NCBI GenBank assembly: GCA_963675745.2
Contig: CAXXWX010000023.1
Span: 1 to 64,000, forward strand
Length of the DNA: 64,000 nucleotides
Source of the DNA: Phycisphaerae bacterium
GTDB taxonomy: Bacteria > Planctomycetota > Phycisphaerae > UBA1845 > Fen-1342
Reading direction: 5' to 3'
The stretch's first letter is position 1, and each line of letters starts with the position of its first letter. A program made the translations under genes and the position numbers. The notes under the pieces were generated by a model. It searched no databases. It was given only the letters and a program-made list of their open reading frames with translations, and had not been told where the DNA came from. This document shows, in pieces, positions 45,906 through 56,594 of this stretch.

Positions 45906-47252
45906 ATGGATCTCTTCGCCGAGCAAGAGCGCCAGGCCCTGAAGCGAGTGCAGCCCCTGGCCGTGCGCATGCGACCGCGCAGCCTGGACGAGATCGTCGG
46001 GCAGCCGGCGCTCATCGGCGAAGGCAAGCTGCTCAGGCGCCTGCTCGAAGGCGATTGCCTGACGAGTGCCATCCTCCACGGCCCGCCGGGCTGCGGGAAA
46101 ACCACGCTGGCGCACGTGATCGCCACACACACCAAAGCGGCCTGGGAAGCGCTTCACGCCGCCGAGGCCGGGGTAAAGGATGTTCGAGCGGCGGGCGCCC
46201 GCGCTCGCGATCGGCTGCTGGGCGACGGGCAACGGACCGTGCTCTTCCTCGACGAGATTCACCGTTTCAATCGGGCTCAGCAGGACTCGCTGCTGCGCGA
46301 CGTGGAAGAGGGTGTTCTGATTCTCATCGGCGCCACCACGGAAAACCCGTATTTCACGGTCAACAGCCCGCTGATCTCTCGCAGCCATCTTTTTCAACTG
46401 GAGCCGCTCGGCGAGGATGATCTTATCGCCTTGATGCGACGGGCACTTGCCGATCACAAGCGCGGACTGGGCCGCTTCGAGCCGACTTGTGATGAAGACG
46501 CCCTGCGTCTGCTCGCAGCGCGTGTCGCCGGCGACGCGCGCCGCGCTCTGACGGCGCTCGAGACAGCGGTCACATCGGAGCACGCGGCCGGCCGCCCCCC
46601 ACGCGTCACCGTACCGATCATCGCCGAGTCACTGCAACGCACGGCCCTGACTTCCGATCGCGACGGCGACACGCACTACAACCTGGCTTCCGCGCTGATC
46701 AAGAGCATGCGCGGCAGCGACCCCGATGCCGCCGTCTACTGGCTCGCGCGCATGCTCGAAGGCGGCGAAGACCCGCGCTTTATCGCCCGTCGGATTGCCA
46801 TCTGTGCTTCGGAGGATATCGGCAATGCCGATCCGCAAGCGCTGGTCGTGGCCGCCGCGACCCAGCAGGTCGTGAACCTGGTCGGCCTGCCGGAATGTCA
46901 GCTTGCTCTGGCGCAGGCCGCCATCTACCTGGCGTGCGCGCCGAAGTCCAACTCGGTCACGCGTGCCATCGGCGCCGCGCGTGAGGATGTGCGCACACAG
47001 CCCCCGTTAGCCGTTCCGCCCCACTTGCGTGACACGCATGCCGCCGGTACGCGGAACGCCGCCGACGGAACGGGTTATCGCAACCCGCACGATTTCCCCA
47101 ACGCTTATTGCGCCCAGGACTACCTGCCACGGCCCAGAACGTATTACAATCCAACCAGGCACGGAGACGAGGCGCGTCTGGCGAACTTGCTGCGCGAGCG
47201 AAGGAGCGGCACGACCGGACGTCTTTCCACGCCATCGAAGAGCGAGCAGTGA
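45906..47252 (+). CDS. rarA: Replication-associated recombination protein A (AAA+)
   Basis: PLAVRMRP, GPPGCGKTT, DEIHRFN..QQD, IGATTENP, SALIKSMRGSDPDA. Confidence 0.96.
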   Translation: MDLFAEQERQALKRVQPLAVRMRPRSLDEIVGQPALIGEGKLLRRLLEGDCLTSAILHGPPGCGKTTLAHVIATHTKAAWEALHAAEAGVKDVRAAGARARDRLLGDGQRTVLFLDEIHRFNRAQQDSLLRDVEEGVLILIGATTENPYFTVNSPLISRSHLFQLEPLGEDDLIALMRRALADHKRGLGRFEPTCDEDALRLLAARVAGDARRALTALETAVTSEHAAGRPPRVTVPIIAESLQRTALTSDRDGDTHYNLASALIKSMRGSDPDAAVYWLARMLEGGEDPRFIARRIAICASEDIGNADPQALVVAAATQQVVNLVGLPECQLALAQAAIYLACAPKSNSVTRAIGAAREDVRTQPPLAVPPHLRDTHAAGTRNAADGTGYRNPHDFPNAYCAQDYLPRPRTYYNPTRHGDEARLANLLRERRSGTTGRLSTPSKSEQ

Positions 47253-47830
47253 CTAAGAAGGAAGCTCGTAAAGAACTGCGCAAACGACTCGCCGCTATGT
47301 CGGCGGAACGCATTCAGCAACGTAGCTTGCAAGCGTGTGATCTGCTGCGCCTGCAGACCGAGTATCTGAGCGCGGATGTGATCATGATCTTCCTGGCCGG
47401 CGCGCACGAGGTTGACACGACCTCGCTGGCCCAGGCGGCCTGGGGAGACATGAAGTGCGTACTGGCCCCACGGGTCTCCTGGGAGCAGCGTCGCATGCTG
47501 CCCATCGAGATCCGCTCCATGGCCAGTGATGTTACTGACGGCGTTTTGGGTATCCGCGAACCGATCGACGGCATGCCGGTACCCGTAGCGGATATTGACC
47601 TGGTCGTGGTGCCGGGGTTGGGGTTTGACCTGAACGGCAATCGCCTGGGACGCGGGCGTGGCTTTTACGACCGGTTCCTCGCACACCGGGACTTTCGCGC
47701 CGTGGCTTGCGGATTGGCTTTCGAGGAACAGGTCATGCCCCAGGTTCCGGCCGATGAAACCGACGTACCCCTTGACATGCTGCTCACCGACACGACGGTA
47801 CGCCGCTTTAAGAGATCGCGGAGAACCTGA
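47249..47830 (+). CDS. 5-formyltetrahydrofolate cyclo-ligase
   Basis: K.ELRK, IDLVVVPGLGFD..GNRLGRG.GFYDRFL; GTGA overlap with the rarA stop. Confidence 0.95.
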   Translation: MTKKEARKELRKRLAAMSAERIQQRSLQACDLLRLQTEYLSADVIMIFLAGAHEVDTTSLAQAAWGDMKCVLAPRVSWEQRRMLPIEIRSMASDVTDGVLGIREPIDGMPVPVADIDLVVVPGLGFDLNGNRLGRGRGFYDRFLAHRDFRAVACGLAFEEQVMPQVPADETDVPLDMLLTDTTVRRFKRSRRT

Positions 47831-47833
47831 ACG

Positions 47834-49513
47834 ATGAGCGCTGCCATTGGGCGTCGCCGTTATCTGACGAATTTCGAACCCCACCGACTGCCGCACCTGT
47901 TCACGGATGTGCTGGTGCTTGGCTCGGGTGTCGCCGGGTTGCGCGCCGCGATCGCCGCCGCCGATACCTGCGATGTCCTGCTGGTAACCAAGGATACGGC
48001 GGAGCAGACGAACACTGTCCGCGCGCAGGGCGGAGTTGCGGCGGCCATCGGCCCCGAGGACAGTCCTGACGCGCACGCCGGCGACACACTCGAGGTGGGT
48101 TGCGGTCTGGGACATCCTGAAATCGTCCACCATGTTGTCGAACAGGCACCCCGCCTGATCCGAGAGTTGACCGACTGGGGCGCGCAGTTCGACGTTGAAA
48201 AGCAGAGTCTGGCCCGCGGACGCGAAGGCGGTCATGGCCGCGCGCGGATTATCCACGCCAACGGTGACGCCACCGGTCGCGAGTTTATGCGCGTCTTGCT
48301 CGATCGCGCACGCCGTAACCCGCGCATCCGCATCTTCGAGCACTGCTTCAGCATCGACATTCTGACACTCGACGGCGAGGCCGTCGGCGCGGTGACCTTC
48401 AGTCCCAAGTATGGCCACCAGATGTTCTGGGCAACGACGACAATACTCGCCACCGGCGGTTGCGGCCGTGCATATCGTGAGTCCACCAACGCCCTCGTGG
48501 CCACCGGCGATGGAGCGGCGATGGCGTTCCGCGCGGGAGCGACACTGCGCGATATGGAGATGGTCCAGTTTCACCCCACGACCCTCTATGTCGCCGGCGC
48601 CACCCGCGCCCTGATCAGCGAAGCGGTGCGCGGTGAAGGCGCACTGCTGTGTCATCGCGACGGACGCCGCTTCATGTCCGACTATCATCAGCAAGGTGAA
48701 CTGGCGCCGCGCGACGTGGTCAGTCGCGCCATAACCACCGAGATGCAGCGCGAGAACACGCCCTGCGTGTACCTCGATGTACGCGAGTTCCCCCGCGGTC
48801 GCTTCGCACAGCGCTTTCCGAATCTGAGCCGCATGTGCCTGGACGTCGGCATCGATCCTGAGCACAACCTGATTCCCGTGCGCCCGAGCGCACACTATGT
48901 AATCGGCGGCGTGGTGACCGACCTTCAGGCCCGAACGACCCTGGGCGGACTACTGGCCTGCGGCGAGGTGGCTTCGAGCGGTTTGCACGGCGCCAACCGG
49001 CTGGCCAGTAACTCATTGCTCGAAGGGCTGGTCATGGGTGAGCGGGCCGGACAGACGGCGGCCGAGCGCGCCGCGCGTCAGACCCGTATTGAGCGCCCCC
49101 ACCTGGTCAGTCATTTGGCGCCCGCCTCGGCCCGTACCGAGCTCAATCTCGAAGACATTGCCAACAGCCTGCGCAGCGTGATGTCGCGCAACGTGGCGGT
49201 TGAACGCTCCGCCGATCGCCTGCGCGAGACAATGGAGATCATCGATTTCTGGGCGCGCTACACGCTCGACAAGGTCTTTGACGAGCCCGGCGACTGGGAG
49301 ATCCAGAACCTGCTGACGCTCGCGTGCTGTATCGCCCGTGCCGCCGCCACGCGCAATGAATCGCGCGGCGTACACTACCGGATTGACGCTCCACAGACGT
49401 CGGCGCAGTGGCAATGCCACATCGACCTCAAGCGGCGCGACAACGAAATGCAGGTCAGCACCTCGCCCGTCCCGGCCGATCCACCGGCGGCGCGGGCAGA
49501 TAGTGGTGACTAA
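47834..49513 (+). CDS. nadB: L-aspartate oxidase
   Basis: GSGVAGL, AQGGVAA, EGGH...RI.H, QFHPT, LISEAVRGEG, GLHGANRLASNSLLEGLV, ESRG.HYR. Confidence 0.96.
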   Translation: MSAAIGRRRYLTNFEPHRLPHLFTDVLVLGSGVAGLRAAIAAADTCDVLLVTKDTAEQTNTVRAQGGVAAAIGPEDSPDAHAGDTLEVGCGLGHPEIVHHVVEQAPRLIRELTDWGAQFDVEKQSLARGREGGHGRARIIHANGDATGREFMRVLLDRARRNPRIRIFEHCFSIDILTLDGEAVGAVTFSPKYGHQMFWATTTILATGGCGRAYRESTNALVATGDGAAMAFRAGATLRDMEMVQFHPTTLYVAGATRALISEAVRGEGALLCHRDGRRFMSDYHQQGELAPRDVVSRAITTEMQRENTPCVYLDVREFPRGRFAQRFPNLSRMCLDVGIDPEHNLIPVRPSAHYVIGGVVTDLQARTTLGGLLACGEVASSGLHGANRLASNSLLEGLVMGERAGQTAAERAARQTRIERPHLVSHLAPASARTELNLEDIANSLRSVMSRNVAVERSADRLRETMEIIDFWARYTLDKVFDEPGDWEIQNLLTLACCIARAAATRNESRGVHYRIDAPQTSAQWQCHIDLKRRDNEMQVSTSPVPADPPAARADSGD

Positions 49514-49547
49514 GGCGGTTTCAACAACAATCCGTTGCCCATACGCG

Positions 49548-49700
49548 GGTGGGGCGGGCGTCCCGCCCGCCTATGTACGGCTTTCGTCGAAGTCGGGCGA
49601 GACGCCCGACCCACCCCGACAGTGTAAGCCACCGCGTCTTTACTGAGACCGGGCTAGAAGCTATCCCAAAACCCGCGTGCCACCGGTTCTCAACCGGCGA
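49548..49700. repeat. REP-like palindrome cluster between convergent genes
   Basis: GGTGG+hairpin at 49548-49571 with an inverted partner at 49592-49615; GTGCCAC+hairpin at 49677-49699. Confidence 0.8.
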
Positions 49701-49928
49701 ATCTCGGGAAACTCCACTGGATACAGGCCCATTTCCGGACGCCGCTGCGCGAAGCCAGCCCCCCCCATGAGAACTGGCCGCGCGCATATTGCGGCGCTCG
49801 CGGCGCATGGCGCCAGCAATCACCCTAACAACGATCCCGGCAGTCTTGTATCAGGTAAACACCTGGATGTGTGGCCATATTCCGCAAATGTAAACGGGAC
49901 AACCGGCGCCGAGGTGGTCGCCCTCGGT

Positions 49929-51812
49929 TCAAGCGCTGCGACCGCTGACACCCGCCGGAACGATGCCGGCCTTGGGCTTTTGCGCGCCCAGCTTCACGAA
50001 CACATCATCGTAGCCACGTTGCAGGAAGTCGCGCGACATGTGGAGATTGATGTGGTCCCAGGGGAGTACCTCGTCGAACGATCGCTCACGATGTGCGTAA
50101 AAGTCCGGATCAACGCCGGTCTTGTCGTACGCGACCTGCCAGTGACGCGCGTCAAACTTCTCGGTCCAGGCTTCGAGACGGGCCCCGCTCTTCCAGGCGG
50201 CGTAAATCACCGGCCCCAAACGCCGATCACCACGCGCCAGCACCGCTTCGAGCACGGATTGCTCCGGTCCGTGCGTACGCAGCTTGACACTGGTCTTCTT
50301 ACGACGTGCGTGTGCGGCCAGCATGTCGCGCACCTCGCGAAAGTACTCCGCGCGCGGCTGGGCCATCCACTGGAGCGGCGTGAACGGCTTGGGCACCAGC
50401 CAACTCACTGAGGCGGAAACCGCGGCCGGCCCTTTGTTAAGCTTACGCCGTTCATCACTTACGCTGCGGGCCAATTCCCAGATGCCGTGGATGTCCTCCT
50501 CGCGTTCGCCGGGAAACCCCGCCATGAAGTAGAGCTTGACGCGGCTCCAGCCGGCCTCATAGGCGGCGCGGACGCCGTCGAGCAGATTCACGTCGACGAC
50601 ACGCTTGCGAATGGCACGCCGCATATCGTCGCGCGCCGCCTCGGCGGCGACGGTCAGGCTGCCCTTGCGCACGCCGCTCACCAGCCAGGGAATGCTGGCA
50701 AGCATCTTGTCGACGCGCAGCGAAGGCAGGCTGAGATTCACGTGCCGCGGGGCGAATCGCTCATTCATGCGCTCGGCAAGGGCCCGCAGTTGCGGATAGT
50801 CGCCGGTCGAAAGCGACAATAACGCAATCTCGTCATGCCCGGTCGCCCAATACATGCTCTCAGCAATCTCCAGCAGACGATCGACCGAACGCAGCTTCAG
50901 CGGGCGCTTGGTATACCCTGCGTGACAGAAACGACAAACCTGAGGACAGCCACGCATGATCTCGATCGCGATGCGGTCGTGTACGGGCGGGATCCACGGC
51001 ACAATCGGCCTGAGTGGAACGGGGTCGTGCTCGAAATCAGTCGTGTGGCAGCGCGCGATCCGCGCCGGCAGGCCTGCCTGGCGCGGCCTGAGCTCGGCAA
51101 GTGTGCCATCGGCGTTGTAGAACGGCTCGTACAGGTTTGGCGCATAGATCCAGGGAAGCCGGCGCGCCATGAGCAGGATCATCTCGCGCCGCGGCACACC
51201 CGCTTGCTTGTATTCGCGGACAGCCTCCAGGATCGCGGTCATGGCCGGCTCACCGTCACCAATCACCACCAGGTCAAGAAACTCCGCGACGGGTTCCGGG
51301 TTGTCAGCCTGGGGCCCGCCGGCGATGACCAGCGGGTGCGCGTCGGTGCGATCGTCGCTGCGCAACGGAATGCCGGCCAGGTCCAGCATTGTGAGCAGAT
51401 TGGTGAAACACAGTTCAAACTGAAGCGAGACCCCGAGGATGTCGGCGTCGGCAACCGGCTGGCGCGTGTCGAGCGTAAAGAGCGGGAGGTTGCGATCACG
51501 CAGGACCTGCTCGGCGTCGGTCCAGGGGCAATAGACGCGTTCGGCACATACGCCGGGCGTATGGTTACACAGCCAGTAGAGCACCTGAAGGCCGACGTGC
51601 GAGGTGGCGATGCTGTAAACGTCGGGGAACGCAAGGGCTACGCGCACCTCGGCGCGTTGCCAGTCACCGGCGCGCGGCAACTGGTTGACCTCCCCGCCGA
51701 TGTACTGCGCCGGCCGCTCCACTCGTGGCAGAAGTTCGGCCGATACCCGGTCGGCGAGCGACGTGTTGGAGTAGTTTTCGCCTTTCATCCGGTCTACGTG
51801 CTCCGATTGCAT
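49929..51812 (-). CDS. TIGR03960-type B12-binding radical SAM protein (start uncertain)
   Basis: VERPAQYIGGE, FPDVY, EIMRGCPQVCRFCHAG (CxxxCxxC), SLPSLR, KLYFM.G.P.E, PKPFTP.QW. Confidence 0.92.
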   Translation of the reverse strand: MQSEHVDRMKGENYSNTSLADRVSAELLPRVERPAQYIGGEVNQLPRAGDWQRAEVRVALAFPDVYSIATSHVGLQVLYWLCNHTPGVCAERVYCPWTDAEQVLRDRNLPLFTLDTRQPVADADILGVSLQFELCFTNLLTMLDLAGIPLRSDDRTDAHPLVIAGGPQADNPEPVAEFLDLVVIGDGEPAMTAILEAVREYKQAGVPRREMILLMARRLPWIYAPNLYEPFYNADGTLAELRPRQAGLPARIARCHTTDFEHDPVPLRPIVPWIPPVHDRIAIEIMRGCPQVCRFCHAGYTKRPLKLRSVDRLLEIAESMYWATGHDEIALLSLSTGDYPQLRALAERMNERFAPRHVNLSLPSLRVDKMLASIPWLVSGVRKGSLTVAAEAARDDMRRAIRKRVVDVNLLDGVRAAYEAGWSRVKLYFMAGFPGEREEDIHGIWELARSVSDERRKLNKGPAAVSASVSWLVPKPFTPLQWMAQPRAEYFREVRDMLAAHARRKKTSVKLRTHGPEQSVLEAVLARGDRRLGPVIYAAWKSGARLEAWTEKFDARHWQVAYDKTGVDPDFYAHRERSFDEVLPWDHINLHMSRDFLQRGYDDVFVKLGAQKPKAGIVPAGVSGRSA

Positions 51813-52049
51813 ACGGCCTGACATTCTACGGCCATCCACACTCCGGTGGGTGGAACTCATCCGTAAGTACAAATCCTGATGTCAAAAAGCGGCGTTTTCA
51901 CAAGTTGTTGTTGCATATCGTACCGAATTGGTGCATTATCGAGTTGGGCCGAGGGGGCGTGAGTTCAGCCGCGGGACGACAGTTGCCGAAACTGTCGTCC
52001 CGCCTCCTTTTTATATACGAGTGCCGTTGCCAATTCGCCGGTTCCGCAT

Positions 52050-53096
52050 TCACAAAACCAGCATCGCATCGCCAAAGCTGTAGAAGCGGTAGCGCTTAGC
52101 GATAGCCGCCCGGTACGCCGCGCGCACTTGCTCAGACGTGGCAAAGGCCATAACCAGCGCCAGCAGCGTACTCTCCGGCAGGTGAAAGTTGGTCAACAGG
52201 ACATCAACGTTGGTGAACTCGTAGGGCGGGTAGATAAAGATGTCGGTCCAGCCGGCGCGCCTCTCCTCACTCGCGGACTCGTCGCCGATGGTCAGTGGGA
52301 GCGATTCGAGCACGCGCGCCGAAGTCGTGCCAACCGCGACAATACGGCGTCCCGACGCGCGGGCCGCGTGCAGCCGTGCGAGCGTGTCGCCGGCGATTTC
52401 AAACCACTCGGAGTGCATGTCGTGATCGGCAAGGTCATCGACGACCACCGGCTGAAATGTGCCGACGCCCACGTGCAGCGTTACCGACACGCGCTGCACG
52501 CCCAGCTCATCCAACCGGCGCAGCAGCTCCTCCGTAAAGTGCAGCCCGGCGGTTGGAGCCGCAATCGCACCGGCCCTGCGAGCGTAGACCGTCTGGTAGC
52601 GCGCGCGATCAGCGGCATCCGGGCCCGAGTCACGATTGATGTAAGGCGGCAGCGGTGTTCGCCCAACCGTCTCCAGCCACGCCACCGGCTCGATCGCGCG
52701 CGAAGGACGCACCGCCCACTCACCACGCGCATGCCGCTCCAACAGGTCGAGCGCAACGTCACTATTCTCACACGCCAACCGCTCGCCCTGTTTGAGCCGC
52801 GCCGACGGCTTCAGCAGAACATGCCATGCGCCGTCATCGCCGCCGCGCAGGAACAGCGCCTCGACCACTCCGCCCGTGGCCCGGCGGCAGAAAAACCGAG
52901 CCTGCACAACCCGCGTATCGTTCACTACCAGACAATCACCCGGCTGAAGGTACTCGGCGATGTCGCGAAACACGCGGTGTTCGATTCGCCCGGTGCCGCG
53001 GTCGAGCACGAGTAAGCGCGACGCATCGCGCGGCTCGACCGCCTGCTGCGCGATGAGCTCGGGGGGCAGGGTGTAGCTCAGATCAGAACGTTGCAT
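52050..53096 (-). CDS. queA: S-adenosylmethionine:tRNA ribosyltransferase-isomerase
   Basis: LPPELIAQ, NDTRV, PLPPYI, YQTVYA, AAPTAGLHFT, TNFHLPES, YRFYSFGDAM. Confidence 0.97.
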   Translation of the reverse strand: MQRSDLSYTLPPELIAQQAVEPRDASRLLVLDRGTGRIEHRVFRDIAEYLQPGDCLVVNDTRVVQARFFCRRATGGVVEALFLRGGDDGAWHVLLKPSARLKQGERLACENSDVALDLLERHARGEWAVRPSRAIEPVAWLETVGRTPLPPYINRDSGPDAADRARYQTVYARRAGAIAAPTAGLHFTEELLRRLDELGVQRVSVTLHVGVGTFQPVVVDDLADHDMHSEWFEIAGDTLARLHAARASGRRIVAVGTTSARVLESLPLTIGDESASEERRAGWTDIFIYPPYEFTNVDVLLTNFHLPESTLLALVMAFATSEQVRAAYRAAIAKRYRFYSFGDAMLVL

Positions 53097-53185
53097 TTGT
53101 CCTCGCGTTCGATTGCCGGATGTCATCGATAACGTGCTATGATAGCGGCAGTTTCGAGCGACCCCATCGCGTGCGGGCCCAGCCT

Positions 53186-54349
53186 ATGGACGAAAAGGTG
53201 ATTGTTCGCGACCAGTGCGTGTGCGGGCGGCGTTATCGCGTGCGCCATCCGCACGTGGGATTCACGTTTGCCTGCCCACAATGCCACCGGTCGATCACGA
53301 TCACCAGGGCCGATATAGAAATCGCCGAGCCCGACGTCGGAGATGCGCCGGTTTTCCACGAAGACCCCGAAGAACGCGTCCTGCTGGAGGCGATCCCGAT
53401 CGGTGATGACATCGTGCGCCTGGCTGATCACGGTGCCGGCAAAGGCCCCACCGGGCGAGTCGAGTACGAGACCGGCGAGGCAGCCGTCCTCGGCGCGCTC
53501 GGCGGAATCCCGCTGCTGAACGATGAGTCGGACATCGAAGACGCGCCGCGCTCAAAGCTGCGGCCCACCACGGCGCCCATCGAGCGACAGCGCACATTCC
53601 TGGAGGATCTCTGCGCAAGTTCCTACCTCGCCGGCGAACCCGGAAACCTCGTGAAGCTGGGCGTCACCGCCGCCGGCTGTGCCGTCACCTGGGCCTTCGG
53701 GCAGTTGTGGATCTCAGCGCTGGGCAACTTCCCCGGCGTTTTCATGTTTGGAATGCTGCTATATGCCGTCGCCGGGATTGCGGTGGCCATGTACGTCTTG
53801 CAGCTCTTCTGGCAGATAGTGGGCGAGACCGCGTCGGGTGAGGATGTGTTTTCGTGGGCGCCGAGCAACTGGGATCTGTGGAACAACCTGCTCCAGCCGG
53901 TCGGATGGCTGCTGACGATTACGATCCTGTGTGGCACGCCGCTATGGGCCGTAACCGCCTGGTGCCCGCCGATATATCCTGTCAAGCTATTGGCACAAGC
54001 GGCGGCCTTGCTGATCGGTTCGCTGTTTTGGCCGGTCGCGGTGATGTCCGTGTCGATCGGACAGTCGATTCTGTTCGTGCGGCCCGACTGGCTGATCCGC
54101 TGCATCATCGGCATCGGCCCCGTGTACGTGCTGCCGTGGGTGCTGGTGCTGGCCATGTTTGCGGCGTGGGGTGCATTTCTAGGCTTCAATCCGCCGGTGG
54201 ATCAGTTCGGCATGGCCGCGCTGCTGGTATATCTCACAGCCTACCCCCTGGCCGCCTGCCTCTGGCACATGTTCTTCGGCTACGTGACGTTTCGTACCAT
54301 GGGCCTGCTGTATCGCCACTTCTCAAAACGCTTTCCATGGGATCTATAG
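53186..54349 (+). CDS. Membrane protein with N-terminal Zn-ribbon
   Basis: CVCG...CPQC N-terminus, acidic linker, about 6 TM helices, GLLYRH ending. Confidence 0.75.
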   Translation: MDEKVIVRDQCVCGRRYRVRHPHVGFTFACPQCHRSITITRADIEIAEPDVGDAPVFHEDPEERVLLEAIPIGDDIVRLADHGAGKGPTGRVEYETGEAAVLGALGGIPLLNDESDIEDAPRSKLRPTTAPIERQRTFLEDLCASSYLAGEPGNLVKLGVTAAGCAVTWAFGQLWISALGNFPGVFMFGMLLYAVAGIAVAMYVLQLFWQIVGETASGEDVFSWAPSNWDLWNNLLQPVGWLLTITILCGTPLWAVTAWCPPIYPVKLLAQAAALLIGSLFWPVAVMSVSIGQSILFVRPDWLIRCIIGIGPVYVLPWVLVLAMFAAWGAFLGFNPPVDQFGMAALLVYLTAYPLAACLWHMFFGYVTFRTMGLLYRHFSKRFPWDL

Positions 54350-54485
54350 CGGACGCCGGGTCGGCCCACGCCGCCGGGAGTCTTTCCGGTCCGGCCTCGG
54401 GCGCGTATAGTTAATTGTTCTGCGATGCGCGCGGCGCCCATGCAGACACGCGACGGATGCGACACGGAACTTGATTGGCTATTCC

Positions 54486-56559
54486 ATGGACGACTTATCG
54501 AAGCTACGAAACATCGGCATCGCCGCTCACATCGATGCCGGCAAGACGACCACCACCGAGCGCGTGCTGTATTACAGCGGCACGACGCACAAGATGGGCG
54601 AGGTCGACGACGGCACGACGATCACCGATTTCGATACCGAGGAGCAGCAGCGCGGCATCACGATCTACAGCGCGGCGGTGTCGTTTGACTGGCGGGACTG
54701 CCGAGTCAACCTGATCGATACGCCTGGGCACGTCGACTTCACGGCGGAGGTTGAGCGGGCCCTGCGGGTTCTCGACGGCGCCGTCGTGGTGTTCGACGCC
54801 AAAGAAGGCGTGGAGGCCCAGTCGGAGACGGTCTGGCGCCAGGCGAACAAGTACAAAGTCCCCCGGCTATGCCTGATCAACAAGATGGACAAGACCGGAG
54901 CGGATTTCTACCACGCGCTGGCCACGGTGCGCGCCCGCTTAGGCGCAAACCCCATCGCCGTCCATATGCCCATCGGGTACGAAAGCAGCTTTCACGGCTT
55001 TGTCGATCTGATCACGATGAAAATGGTGACGTGCGAGGCGGGCACGGATGGGCGCAAGTTCTCGGTCAGCGACATACCGGCGGAATTGCTGGACCAGGCT
55101 CGGCAGCAGCGCACGATCATGGAGGAAAAGGTCGCCGAGATTGATGAAGCCCTGATGCACAAGTACGTCGAGGGTGAGCCGCTCGAAGACGACGAAATCA
55201 GGGCGGCCCTGCGGCGCGGAACACTGAGTCTCGAATGCCAGCCCACCTTCTGTGGCTCGGCGTTGAAGTACATTGGCATTCAGGCCGTGCTCGATGGAGT
55301 GTGTGATTTTCTGCCGTCGCCGCTGGATGTCCCGCCGGTAACCGGGCACGACCCCGAGAAACCGGACAAAATCCTGTCGCGCAAATGCGATCCGGGCGAG
55401 CCGCTGGCGGCGCTGGTGTTCAAGATAGTCGCCGACTCGCACAGCGACCTGCACTTCATTCGCGTGTATTCGGGCAAGCTCAAGGCCGGCTCGCGCGTGC
55501 GCAACGTTCGTACGCAGAAGAAGGAAAACGTCCCCACGCTCTATCGCATCTTCGCAAAACGCCGCGAGCAGGTGAAGGAGGTCGGTCCGGGCGAGATTGT
55601 GGCCGCTGTCGGGCTGAAGGGCTCGTTGACCGGCGACACGCTGTGCGACAACCGCGGCGCGGTGCTGTTGGAGCAGATCGAGTTTCCCGAGACGGTGATC
55701 AGCATGGCGATCGAGCCCAAACTGACCACTGACCGTGACAAGCTGGTGACCGCGCTGGACCTGCTCTCGCGCAGCGACCCCACGTTTGAATATCGCGACA
55801 ACCCCGAGACCAGCCAAACGCTGATTTCAGGAATGGGCGAACTGCACCTCGAAGTGATGTGTCACCGCCTGGCGCGCGACATGAACGTCCCCGTCCGCAT
55901 CGGCAGGCCGCGCGTCGCATACCGCGAAACGGTCAAGGGCCGCGGGGAGGCTGTCGGACAACTCGTCCGGCAGGCCGGCGGGCGCAGCCAGTTTGCGGTC
56001 GTAAAGCTGCGCGTCGAGCCGTTTGAGCCCGAGCCCGGCCAGGAAGCATTTCCAGTTCGTAAACGAACTGCCCGCCGACACAATCCGCAGCGTCTTCCTG
56101 CCGCCGATCGCTCAGGCCGTGCGCGATGTGGCCCGCAGTGGCCCGCTGGGTTCCTATCCGCTGATCAACGTGCGCGCGACGCTGATCGGCGCCGAAGAAC
56201 GCCCCGACGAGTCATCGGAGATCGCGTTTGAGAGCGCGGCGACAATGGCGTTTAACAAGGCGGTCGAAGCCGCCGGCCCCGTATTGCTCGAGCCAATCAT
56301 GAAGATCGAAGTTGTAACGCCCGAGGATTACTTCGGCGCTATCAACGGCGATCTGATGACGCGCCGGGCGGTGATTACGGCGACGACCATGCGCGGCCAG
56401 AATCACGTAATCTCGGCCGAGGCCCCCTTGAGCACGATGTTCGGCTACGCGACGCAGATTCGCTCGCTATCGCAAGGGCGAGCATCGTACGCCATGGAGC
56501 CCAGCCGCTACGAAGCCATGCCGCCCGATCTCGCACAGAAGGCGCTCGGCATCATGTAG
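54486..56559 (+). CDS. fusA: Elongation factor G paralogue (EF-G2-like), split by a +1 frameshift at ~56044-56051
   Basis: AHIDAGKTT, RGITI, DTPGHVDF, NKMD, SGMGELHL in the first frame; LLEPIMKIEV..P, MFGYAT.IRS.SQGR in the second. Joined length is 690 aa. Confidence 0.9.
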
Positions 56560-56594
56560 GCGTCGCGGCGGACATCGCGCTGGAGAGTCAGGCA

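Noticed and set aside
47108..47250. 6S RNA expected upstream of 5-formyl-THF cyclo-ligase
   Set aside because: The gene starts overlapping the rarA stop, so there is no intergenic space.
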